From positions 1-64,000 of the forward strand of contig MU005976.1 in NCBI GenBank assembly GCA_010093745.1: DNA of 64,000 bases, given 5' to 3'. A program made the translations under genes and the position numbers. Positions 48,945-58,423 of this stretch are shown in pieces. Position 1 is the first letter of the stretch. Each line of letters starts with the position of its first letter. The notes under the pieces are model-generated. The model did not search any database, was not told where the DNA came from, and worked only from the letters and a program-made list of their open reading frames with translations. The DNA is from Piedraia hortae CBS 480.64. Taxonomy: Eukaryota.

Positions 48945-49063
48945 AGTTGAAGGATGTGTCACGTGATGACCATGATCAACGTCCCCTCATATATGCAGTA
49001 TATACAACTATACCATTATTCGCGTCTTAGTGTACTCACACTACCAGTTCGGTCCCTTCAACT
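48945..49063 (+). mobile_element. 119-bp element family F, copy 2
   Basis: Perfect 9-bp inverted ends AGTTGAAGG...CCTTCAACT; flanks GAACC/GAGCC (5-bp TSD with one transition). Confidence 0.85.
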
Positions 49064-50059
49064 GAGCCGAAATCCGTATCCCCATGTCAAGAAGGTCGCT
49101 CCCGTGCGGTAGCTGAGTGGATTATGACCATCAGGAAAGCCGCGACTACTGATAGATTGGGTTTCAAGAGGTGCAGGTTGTTTTTGCCTGAAGGATGCTG
49201 CTGTAGGTAGAGATGTGGTGCTGGAGACGGACTCTATAGTTTGCTGCATATTATGTCGTTGGATGTGCCATAGTATCTGAGAGGCCAAGTGCTCCGTAGA
49301 CATTGAGTTATACTTGAAAGGGCATTTGAGCTACAACACAGTCGTAGACCCTATATCTACCTAAAGGGTATGCCAACTGATAACCAGTGGTCGGACAGAA
49401 CTCATCATTGATTGGAAGTTGATAAGTTATTTTACAACTGATGATAATGATGACTGTTCTTGTCAGAGGGGAAGGAAAGTACCCATATCTCAGTAGAGAG
49501 CAAAGTGAATATATCTAGATGAATGATGTTCTGCGAGGAAACACTCCTGACTATATACATGAGAGGACTTTGTCCTCAAATTCTTTCATTCCATAATCTC
49601 CTTTATTTGGAGACGTATCCCGTCTTAACAACCCTTTCGCAAGCGCCAGGCTTATAATCGCTGACGCGGTGCTGGCACCGTACTTGTTTCTGCATTAGTG
49701 GCAATGCTTGCGCAGTCTCAATCGCTGACGGCTACGAAGCTGGTAGTCCTGTATTCTACTCGTACAGTTACTGCCAATGTCGTCGGTGGCATGGGTATTT
49801 CCATCGATCCTGATGCTGCTAAGGTAGGGACAGGGCATGACAGCCAAGGTAATGGCGCTGGAGTAACAGTGGCAGTTGCAGGGACAGCGATAGGGCCAAG
49901 GTAAACCCAGAGACTGTTGGCATGAAGTCTCGTTGCTGTGAGTATACGATGCCACTACGCGACACCTCTTACACCAGCGGCTGTACCCTAGGTTTTGTCC
50001 TCACAGAGGTTTTCCTTAGGATCATGTCACATGCGACATGATGAATGCGCCCTGCTACT

Positions 50060-50727
50060 TGTAGAGATTTAGGCTCCCGTGGGTGAAAGTGCGCAGCGAC
50101 CCGTAGAGGACGGAGCGATAGACGGAATCAGGGACAGGACAGATGTAGATGTATATGAGTTGTCAGAAGGATGTGGCACCCACCATTACCAGAACTATAG
50201 ATAGAAGTCGAAACTTCTCAGGGTTTTTACCTCTATCGAGGAAGTTTTCCCTGAGACGGGTCATTGTCTCGTTCATGCTTAAGGGCATGGTTCGCTGACG
50301 TTGTCCTGGCAAATGCGGTTAGTCTGAGGTAGTGTGGGAGAGGTTTCGAACCTCACCTAGAGATAGACATCTACATTTCACCTTTTTCAGTAAAAGTTGA
50401 GTGAAAACTTTTGTCGTTGATATCCACTCCACTCTAGTCCTCGGAGGTTCACCCCTCCGACATGAGTCCATACCAGTGTCGATATGACAATGTGAATGAC
50501 TCTCTATCTCTATGAGGGGACGTCAGAATGAAAATTCTGTACAGGTGGGCCGGTGACGTCACGTCGTACACTAGCAGGGCGCATTCACCATGTCACATAT
50601 GACATGACCCTGAGGGAAAACCTCTGTGAGGGAAAAACCTAGGGTGCAGTTGGTAGTGTAGGAGGTATCGCTGGCTTGCTATGCAAGTGCCCCGCATACG
50701 CGCTAGCGGCGATGCTTAAATCCAGCA
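50060..50727 (+). mobile_element. LTR family D, nested in B and itself split by C
   Basis: TGTAGAGATT...TCCAGCA; homologous to 2413-2820; TSD degenerate, so the right boundary is uncertain by a few bases. Confidence 0.8.
50161..50462 (+). mobile_element. Solo LTR family C, copy 4, nested in D
   Basis: TGTCAGAAGG...CCTCCGACA; perfect TSD TGAGT; the empty site TATGAGTCAATACC is visible in the D copy near 2517-2530. Confidence 0.94.
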
Positions 50728-50963
50728 CTGTTTGAGGTGAGTCATGGACTAAGACTTCAAGCTGACGGTCTTACTGCATGTATGACCACTTGTTTACGGT
50801 CATACGATTGTTGACTCTTCATACGAGGCTACGCACGGGCCTTCCAGCCCAGAATATATTCTCTGATGTCCCCTCGTAGATACACTTGCATTCAATTTTA
50901 CACACATCTCTACTCTCCATCAATCGCTCTCATTCGCACATACCATCTGTTCATTCCTCACAA

Positions 50964-51100
50964 GAGCCCTACTTACACTATTTGAGTGCGACGTTTGCCT
51001 CTTTAACATGGGGGTAGGGATTTCAAATGGGAGGCTCATGGTTCTCGTTTTCTTTGTCCTCCTATTGCTTCGCCAACGCATACCTCGAAGCGACTGTGGC
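50964..51100 (-). pseudogene. YDPHGGxYYW family, copy 4: C-terminal fragment with four stops
   Basis: VASRYALAKQ*EDKENENHEPPI*NPYPHVKEANVALK*CK*GS, truncated by LTR B. Confidence 0.8.
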
Positions 51101-52399
51101 AACGTATATGGGTGGATATCGACATTTGATGGCAGTGTCGTCCCATTGGACAGCCCAAAACCCTGTAACAGGACGTCAAGCAATGCTGCATCTTCTACGT
51201 GTTAGCTTATTGCTACCACGCTAAAGCAGACCGCCACAACTTCGGCATTAGGGACGCGACGCGCTAGAAGATGGCGCAGGTAGGTTCAAAACGCGTCTCA
51301 TGGTGAACTTTCAGCACCTTATGCAGGTTTGGTTCCTTAGCGCGCGCTGCACCCTTAGCTTTTCCAGCACACATTCCTTCCATACTGCCACAGTCCAGTA
51401 TTTTCAGTCACGCCACAGTTTACTGGGGCAAAGTCCAAGATGCCTTGCGCCCGTTCTGGTCACTGCCATGAGTGGCCGCTGATTGCCGGGATGGTTTCAA
51501 CGGTCCAGCGGTGCGAGCGCTTCTGTGGGTACTGTGTGGGGGAAGGTGTAGTCAAAGAATGAAGCCGGGCCGCGTGAGTTCATTAAGGTCGTCCCGTCTT
51601 GAAATACTGACACTGTCTAGCATCCTGCGTCGCCATGTAGAAGATGTCTATATTCGCCCGCGATGGGAGAGGCACGCACCAGTCAATAATTTTCAACCCA
51701 CATTTGTATGCAATCGCCACAGATCATTAAGCAAACACTAACAGGTGCCTAGGAAGGAAGACGTGATTCCGGAAAAGTCGCCGAGAGGATTCTGCAAGGA
51801 CGGAATGCCTCGTAAGACGGCTAAATGCACCAAAAAACATATCGAAGGAAGAAGACGCGGGCCAAGATCCAGGGAGCCCAGCCACGAACAATCGAGCCCC
51901 TAATGGCTTCAGTCGCAATGGCCCATATAAAGGCACGTCTGCTTCGCACGGCTATCGGTACTTGCACCACCCGGCTCCCAATGGCAATGTCGGCGTTAAC
52001 ATCATTTCTCGCCAACTTGCTCCTGTGAATCTTAACAATAACGGAGCGATGCATCACGCGGCGTTCGGTGGCAACCAGGCCTTGTTGACTCCTCAAGTAA
52101 CACGGCGCCTGTTTATCAAAATCCCCACGGAGTTACGCAAGTTGTTGGTCACAGCACTACCCAGATCATGACCTATCAGCAGAACATCTTGAACACGATT
52201 ACCATTTCCCCTCAGGGCTCCAAGGGATTCGCATATTCTCTTCAAGCAGGACCGTCTGCATACGGCCCGCATGGAACTGGCCAGACGTTGATCCAACAGC
52301 AGAGCAACGGCGTTTTCCTGTCTTCCCATCCGAATATCAATTAAACCAACCCGGCCGGCCAGAAGGTCGACGTCATGGCTCCTCCCACGGGTATGGGTC

Positions 52400-53560
52400 T
52401 GACTGGCCTTTCGTCAAGTCAGGGCTCCTAAAAAGACGCTGGCAAAATGACACCCATAGGCAATCTCCTTCGTCACAACGGTGGTAGTGCTGTTTGATGC
52501 CTTGCATGGGGTTCATGAGATTTCGTGTCATGGATGGTAAGATTGTTGATTATTGTGCCAAGCCAATGAAGGTTTGCGGTTCTGTCTGTTAGGATCCCTT
52601 AGGTACAAAGAAAACGATTTTTGAGTTTTGTTGCTAATCAAGCAACTCTTATCCACCCTTGGGGACATACCGATGAGCTATGTACGCGTAGCGATCAAAG
52701 TACAGACGGCGAATTCGTCGAGAAACCGACTCTGTTCGATATAGCGGGCAAAGCAAGTGGCTCCTTTCGCCCCAAGAAGTTCGTCGACCTGCCCCACCCG
52801 TCGACTCCATCTGCCAGCACGGCTTGTGTGATTGTGAGGGCTAGTTTGCCTAAGCCTGCTGGGTGCTAGACGGTGGATAAGTACACAGGTACGCGAAAAT
52901 ATGGTTGATTGCGGCGTGGTGGGCAAAGCCCGTATTGCCGCCGCCAATCTTACGAGATGAAATACGGCGTATGAAACATCCGGCCTGGTAAAGCAAAGCA
53001 CGTTCAGGATCCTGCCGACCTTTTGCGGATATGATCTCTTACTAGCGGCTGTCACGTTGTCTTCAAAGGGTGCGAGGGTTCCGATAATGGTTGTGGTTAT
53101 ATTTGTCACCAAAAGAGGATGGGAACCTGGTATAGCCTCAACCGCCCTCCTTCCACTCCCTAATCATCGATGCTTCCAAGTGGTACCTATTCTGAGCGTA
53201 CCCCTCTCCCCGGGCATGAACGTTGATGTTTGTGGCGAACCAGCTCTAAGAAGGCTAGAGCGATGAACAACATCATCTCTCCTAGACGTCTTGGTAGTAA
53301 ACAAAGATCCTGTCTCTCGCGGCTCCTCTGAACCCTAGTCCCAGGCAGTTCCTTGTGGACAGAGACTCCCCAAAATGATTCGCTTTTGTGCCAGCAGAAA
53401 CAGAGCAGAAGGATAGGGCTAAGACCCTAGATGTTACCGAAGTGATTGCATTGTCGTCCTGGGCGATAGGTGTGGTCCCATTTAACGACATTCAGGAGAA
53501 AAATCTGGCCCCTCTGCATGAAAGGGCGTTCCGGTCCCTCTGAGTCCATAGCTTTACGCT
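52400..53560 (-). mobile_element. Degenerate Ty1/copia reverse transcriptase-RNase H remnant
   Basis: In minus-strand order: YGLRGTG (cf. LYGLKQSG), LGF....D, VYYQD (cf. YVDD), YPQKVGRILNVLCFTRPDVSYAV (cf. TRPDIAYAV), GRST, PDLTKG (cf. ADGLTKPL). Confidence 0.7.
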
Positions 53561-53629
53561 CCACTCATCACTTTCGGGGGCTAAGCCTCCGGTGGGAGAG
53601 GTGGAACGCATAATGTGTAGGGGTCCAGG

Positions 53630-53910
53630 TCACTCAACACTGACTGAGGTACACGTAGATGTCTATGTGTGTGTGTCGTGATGTGAGGTGAGGTGAAGTG
53701 CGGAACATCATGCCATGCTTGTATATCTTGGAAGAGGTGATTTATCATAGAACTAAGTTTCAAGAGCGGTTCCTCGCCGCTCGACTGCTGGAGATAGAAA
53801 TACCTTAGATAATACCTCAGTTTCACACCGCACCTTCATCGAGTCCCTGTAGAACGGCGATAAGAGGTAGTCGAACACTATTGTGCGTGAATTCACTTCG
53901 AAAAGCAACA
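53630..53910 (-). mobile_element. LTR-like family E, copy 2 (inverted); left boundary uncertain
   Basis: The reverse complement begins TGTTGCTTTTCGAAGTGAATTCACGCACAA and aligns with 1428-1557 plus 1938-2000, lacking the B insertion. Confidence 0.7.
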
Positions 53911-54780
53911 CGCTTACCCAGGTCTAAGCTGTAACCACCGAGACCACGTCACCGAGCACGCACAGAGCATGAACGGGACAGTGCCTCGTCCCTGCGAAAA
54001 CTCCTTACTGTGGAGGTAAAAATCCTGAGAAGTATCGGCCTCTATCTGAGCTCGCAGATGCAACCTGGCTGTATACTGCATGACAGGGTTTATCTTCTCA
54101 CAAGCATGAACTTGGTCTTGGCTGTGGCGGTCTTGGCATACAGCGGACCGTCCCGTGCCGCAACTAGGTAACGCCGTCGTGACGTTCATTGATACTCCCG
54201 ACCGGCCGGGGAGTCATGTGAACGACATGCGCTCAACGTCATCTCGCGGGATTCGATTTGCTGGCTAGATTGAAAGTGATCTGTAGACAGTGCCTAGACT
54301 AGCACGCCTCATGCCCTTCTGAGAGGCAGCGGGCGGCCGTATGCGGCCGCTTCCGTCCAGGCGTAAAAACTATTATCATCATCATCAACGTCCATTGATT
54401 CACTTCTTCTACAGCACATCTGGTACTCAAATGAGAATTTTATCAAGGGGTATTTACAATATGAAGGGCAATCTCCAAAAAGCCCTTTTGGTTTTGTCAC
54501 ATAGTATGGTGCAACTCCCCTACTCGATTCAAACACCCTTTATCGCCCATAACATCCCAACAAGACCACTAATCAAGAATCCCACAGTACAAAAGATGCC
54601 ACTAATAGCGCTAAATATTATGATCATGTTCATTGCATCGCACACGTAGAGATGAAAAAGATCATTCGAAAAGAAGGCATTTGACGGACTGCGGGCCTCT
54701 TCCGTTGGGCTTTGTAAGCTGTTATGTGTATGTATTCGCAGATCATGCACGGTTTGCAAAGTGTATGACACATTGACGAA

Positions 54781-55114
54781 TGTCACGACACGAGGCCAAG
54801 GACGAGGGGTCGAGGTCGAGGGATTGATGAGAGACAAGGGTGAGAGGCTCAAAGCAATGGGCTATGGACTAGAGGACTGCGTAGACCCTATGTAGACAGA
54901 GAACAACGCATGAAGAAGAGAAGAGAATAGTCAGTGCCGCCTGAGTATGTGCTGTAGAGTGGGGCCACTAGACTCAGGCCGTGGACGGACCGGGCCCCTC
55001 CGCATGACGTTGCCCTGAGTTCTGATAAAGGATGACTAATGATACTCTTGCCACCAGTAGCGCCAGGCTACTAGGCATGTCTCGCCATATCAGATTCGTA
55101 AATACTCTCACATA
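54781..55114. mobile_element. Candidate solo LTR family G (single copy)
   Basis: Starts TGTCACGAC, ends CACATA (possibly CA to TA), flanked by the 5-bp direct repeat ACGAA. No second copy in the window. Confidence 0.4.
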
Positions 55115-55313
55115 ACGAATGACAAATACGAACGGAAACGGGTCCGAAACGCGCTAAAATGTTTTATGAATTTTTTTTGCTCAATTGTGCGTATGCGATG
55201 TAACGAGTCTGCTCATGCTACTCAGCGCCACTTAAAGAAAAATCTTGTACTGTGGAATTTTTTATAAGTGGTCTTGTTGTGATATTATGGGCGAAAAAGA
55301 GTGCTTGGATCGA

Positions 55314-58052
55314 CTAGGTGAGCCGCACCATACCATTGCCAAACAAGAAGCTAGAAACCTCATCAATGGCTTCCTGGACATCCCCCGAGTTCAATTCTCG
55401 TTCTAACACGCTTTCGCGGTCCTTTTGGGTCGGAGGCACGATCGCGCCTCCAGCTGGAAGACTACGTCCCCGCACTGATGAATCACGATTAGATGTTTGA
55501 GCAACACTGCGACTGACGGATCGCTGGCTTACAACGACGCAATCATCTTCTTCGTTGTGATGGTCGTCTTTGACTTCGATGGTCGTTGCCTCTGCGGGTG
55601 AGAGGGTGGTTCGTGCACTCTGTTGCGGTTGCGGCTCCTGCGCAGGTTGCTGCGTCTGCTGCTGCTGTTGCGGCGACGGCGACGGCGACGTCTGATGTTG
55701 GGTTGGGGAATTTGTCGAATGTCTTGTTTGAACCAACGGCGAGCGGGTTGAGGATTGGTTAGCTGTGTACGGAGACCTGACAAACGTGTTCCGATTTCCG
55801 GACCATGGCGTCCACAAATTGTTCATCACCGCTTGCGTGCTTGGAAACACTGGTTGCGGAGTCATGGACGTCGAGGACATACGCTGGGGTCCTGGCGTTG
55901 AGGCTTGGGTTTGAAGGGGCTGGGAATATGTCGGCAGTCCTTTCGCGGGCGACGGCGATGGGAACATATCAATCTGCGCCTGGGCTAGCGCCGTTTGCGT
56001 TCCCGGCCATTGCGTCGCTACAGTCGCTGCCCCCACCAATTCTTGATTGGAGATGCTTCCCCTGTAAGTGGACGGTGCTCCTTGCGCTGTTATTTCCGAC
56101 CCGATACGTGTCACACCGTTCCTTGGAAGCATACCTGTTGCAGTAGGATGTGATGCGGGCGTTTGACTGCCAGGAAGGGGAACGTGAGACAACTTGCTGC
56201 GAGACCCATCATGGGATGAGGAGTATGGGTTTGGCCGGGGGTGCCCGACTGGAGGGGATGCTTGCGACTGCAGCGGCACACTGGTCGTAGGCGAGTGCAG
56301 CGTATTTGCTGGGAGACACGTGTCTGTCGTGAACGGGGATCGTGCTGATTGAGCGCTTGTCGTGTTAGAATGTGGTATGTGTCGTGCTTCGATGGGGTTG
56401 ATGTTTGGAGAAGATGTTTGTTGAGCATGCACAACATGGGTGGGAAGCATATGTGGAGATTGCCGTCGTTGAGCATCTCCCACAGGCGAGTTTGCCATGA
56501 CTGGAGACGAGTGGCCGTTAATTCCTGACGCTTGACTTGATGGTCTCGGAGGATGTTGACTTAGTTGATATATGGTGATCGACTGAAGTTGACGCATCAT
56601 GGGGTGCCCATTAGGTTGGATAGGTTGATAATTTGGGGGCCGATTCACTCGATGCGTTACTGACTGACGGGGCTGATGCGTCATGAATTGCCTCGGTTGA
56701 GCCATCCCAGGCTGCATGGCTTGATAAGTCGTGGGAGGATATATCACAGGCACGCGCATCGAGTACGGATTCTGCATCAGACTATCAGAACGGTAGCCGT
56801 TGGGATGTGCAGTTGCATGCTGTGAAGCTGTTTGCAATGGTGACGTTGATACAAAAGGATATATGCCTTGAGCCACCTGTGCGCCTACATGGGGCGTGGT
56901 TGTGGGCCGCTGTACTGGTGACTGTGAACTTACAACCTGCGTCCGAGCCGTGGGTGACACATTTGGTGAATTACCTGGCGCCGGGGGTCTTACCACATCG
57001 GGATTTTGCATATCAATATTTTGATGTTGAGCGAATAGAGTGCTGTGGTTGGAATGAGTGTCGACAGTATGCGGTCTTGATTTTGAGAGAATGGTTCTAG
57101 CATTTGGTAATCGCCTTCGGAATACAAAAGGACTAACTTCCCCATTATCGGGCGGTATGAATGTGTACGGTCCGCTGCTGTGGGTGCCATTAGATTGTTG
57201 CGCCACAGAGCGTGAGGGTGGGTAGGCTGCCTGGGATATAATAGCTGATTTGGACAAATTACTTGGCTCTGTCTGGTGATTCAGGTTCTGCGGAAATACG
57301 GGCTGCCGGTTTTGATGCTCCGATGGCACAACATTCGGACTGTCAGACGTGGGAAGAAGAAAGGGTTGGTGACGAATGGGAAGCAATGGATCGACTTTGG
57401 CATTGCTGGGGCTGCCTCCACGTTGATCTCCACCATCTACTAGTCGAGAAAGCTTCAAATGTTCAATGTGAGATGGTGAGGCCGATCCGGCCTGATTGCT
57501 GATATCTGTGCAGAAATTTTTTCCAACAACAGCCGCCGAATTCTTATTAACAGGCGAGTATGATTTATTGCGACTCATTTGGCCAAAAATTGAAGGATGC
57601 TGGTCCATGTGTAAGAGGTTCTTGCTATCGTTGCCCAAGTCAAGGGTAGCTTCCTTGGATTTTTGCTCAACAGAAATCGGTTTCAAGACTTTCATATCAT
57701 CCAAAGTCAACTCTGCCTTGGCTGGCTTTTGCGCCGGACGCAGCTTGTACGGTTTCCCATGAACTCTGCGCTTGTCCTGCTCAACTGTGAGCTTCAACGA
57801 AGTCGGCGACGGCCTGGCAGACGTTATTCTGAGCGGACTTCCGTGTAGAAATCCCTGCACAAGGCTCTCGACTCTTCGACGCTTTCGCGCGCGGTCGTCT
57901 GGAAAAAGCACATCTTCGGGGTCTGGCACAATGACTGGGGCCGAAAGAGGTGCGCAGTCGTCGAGGTTGACGTTGAGAAACTCGCGCGACTTCTGGAAAG
58001 CGGATGCGCTACTCCATTGGTACCCTCGAACCTTTTCGTTCTTCCTATTCAT
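55314..58052 (-). CDS. Hypothetical Q/P/S-rich protein, 912 aa
   Basis: Long intact ORF divergent from NUD1; N-terminal RARKRRRVESLVQGFLHGSPLRITSA block. No function recognised. Confidence 0.8.
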   Translation of the reverse strand: MNRKNEKVRGYQWSSASAFQKSREFLNVNLDDCAPLSAPVIVPDPEDVLFPDDRARKRRRVESLVQGFLHGSPLRITSARPSPTSLKLTVEQDKRRVHGKPYKLRPAQKPAKAELTLDDMKVLKPISVEQKSKEATLDLGNDSKNLLHMDQHPSIFGQMSRNKSYSPVNKNSAAVVGKNFCTDISNQAGSASPSHIEHLKLSRLVDGGDQRGGSPSNAKVDPLLPIRHQPFLLPTSDSPNVVPSEHQNRQPVFPQNLNHQTEPSNLSKSAIISQAAYPPSRSVAQQSNGTHSSGPYTFIPPDNGEVSPFVFRRRLPNARTILSKSRPHTVDTHSNHSTLFAQHQNIDMQNPDVVRPPAPGNSPNVSPTARTQVVSSQSPVQRPTTTPHVGAQVAQGIYPFVSTSPLQTASQHATAHPNGYRSDSLMQNPYSMRVPVIYPPTTYQAMQPGMAQPRQFMTHQPRQSVTHRVNRPPNYQPIQPNGHPMMRQLQSITIYQLSQHPPRPSSQASGINGHSSPVMANSPVGDAQRRQSPHMLPTHVVHAQQTSSPNINPIEARHIPHSNTTSAQSARSPFTTDTCLPANTLHSPTTSVPLQSQASPPVGHPRPNPYSSSHDGSRSKLSHVPLPGSQTPASHPTATGMLPRNGVTRIGSEITAQGAPSTYRGSISNQELVGAATVATQWPGTQTALAQAQIDMFPSPSPAKGLPTYSQPLQTQASTPGPQRMSSTSMTPQPVFPSTQAVMNNLWTPWSGNRNTFVRSPYTANQSSTRSPLVQTRHSTNSPTQHQTSPSPSPQQQQQTQQPAQEPQPQQSARTTLSPAEATTIEVKDDHHNEEDDCVVVSQRSVSRSVAQTSNRDSSVRGRSLPAGGAIVPPTQKDRESVLERELNSGDVQEAIDEVSSFLFGNGMVRLT

Positions 58053-58423
58053 TGGTTCCGTCCAACATCATGTGTTGCAACTTGCCACTCCGCTGGCGGC
58101 GTGGTAACGCTTAGTCATCCTCCAGAAACGGAGGGGGAGGTGCTGAGTCATCAAACGGGTAACCATGACGCTAACCATGACAGGCAGCGGGTAACCAAGG
58201 CACTAGCCACAACCCCACAAAACACTTGACGCGTCCCAAACAGCACCGAACGTCGCGCGACCGTTCGCATATGAGCGCGCCATTGCTACATGAGTTGCAG
58301 TTGTGTGTCAGCTAGCCATATTACGAGCTGAAGAAATCGCGCTGCCATTCACACAATTACGAAGTCAAACTATGCGCAATTAATACACTGTTCATCCTCA
58401 AGACATCATTTTGAGCAGCAACA

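Larger units (their letters stand above)
49915..50963 (+). mobile_element. Solo LTR family B, copy 3, split into 49915-50059 and about 50728-50963 by D and C
   Basis: The halves rejoin at CGCCCTGCTACT|GTTTGAGGTGAGTCATGG as in 1691-1720; flanks GAGAC/GAGCC. Confidence 0.9.

Noticed and set aside
48944..49064. Family F as a Tc1/mariner MITE (CAGTTGAAG-like ends)
   Set aside because: There is no TA duplication, the outer C/G pair is absent from copy 1, and 5-bp TSDs fit both copies.
51650..52350. Possible Zn2Cys6 (AcuK/Ert1-like) pseudogene (CKDGMPRKTAK)
   Set aside because: Only one short motif resembles the family and the cysteine cluster cannot be reconstructed.
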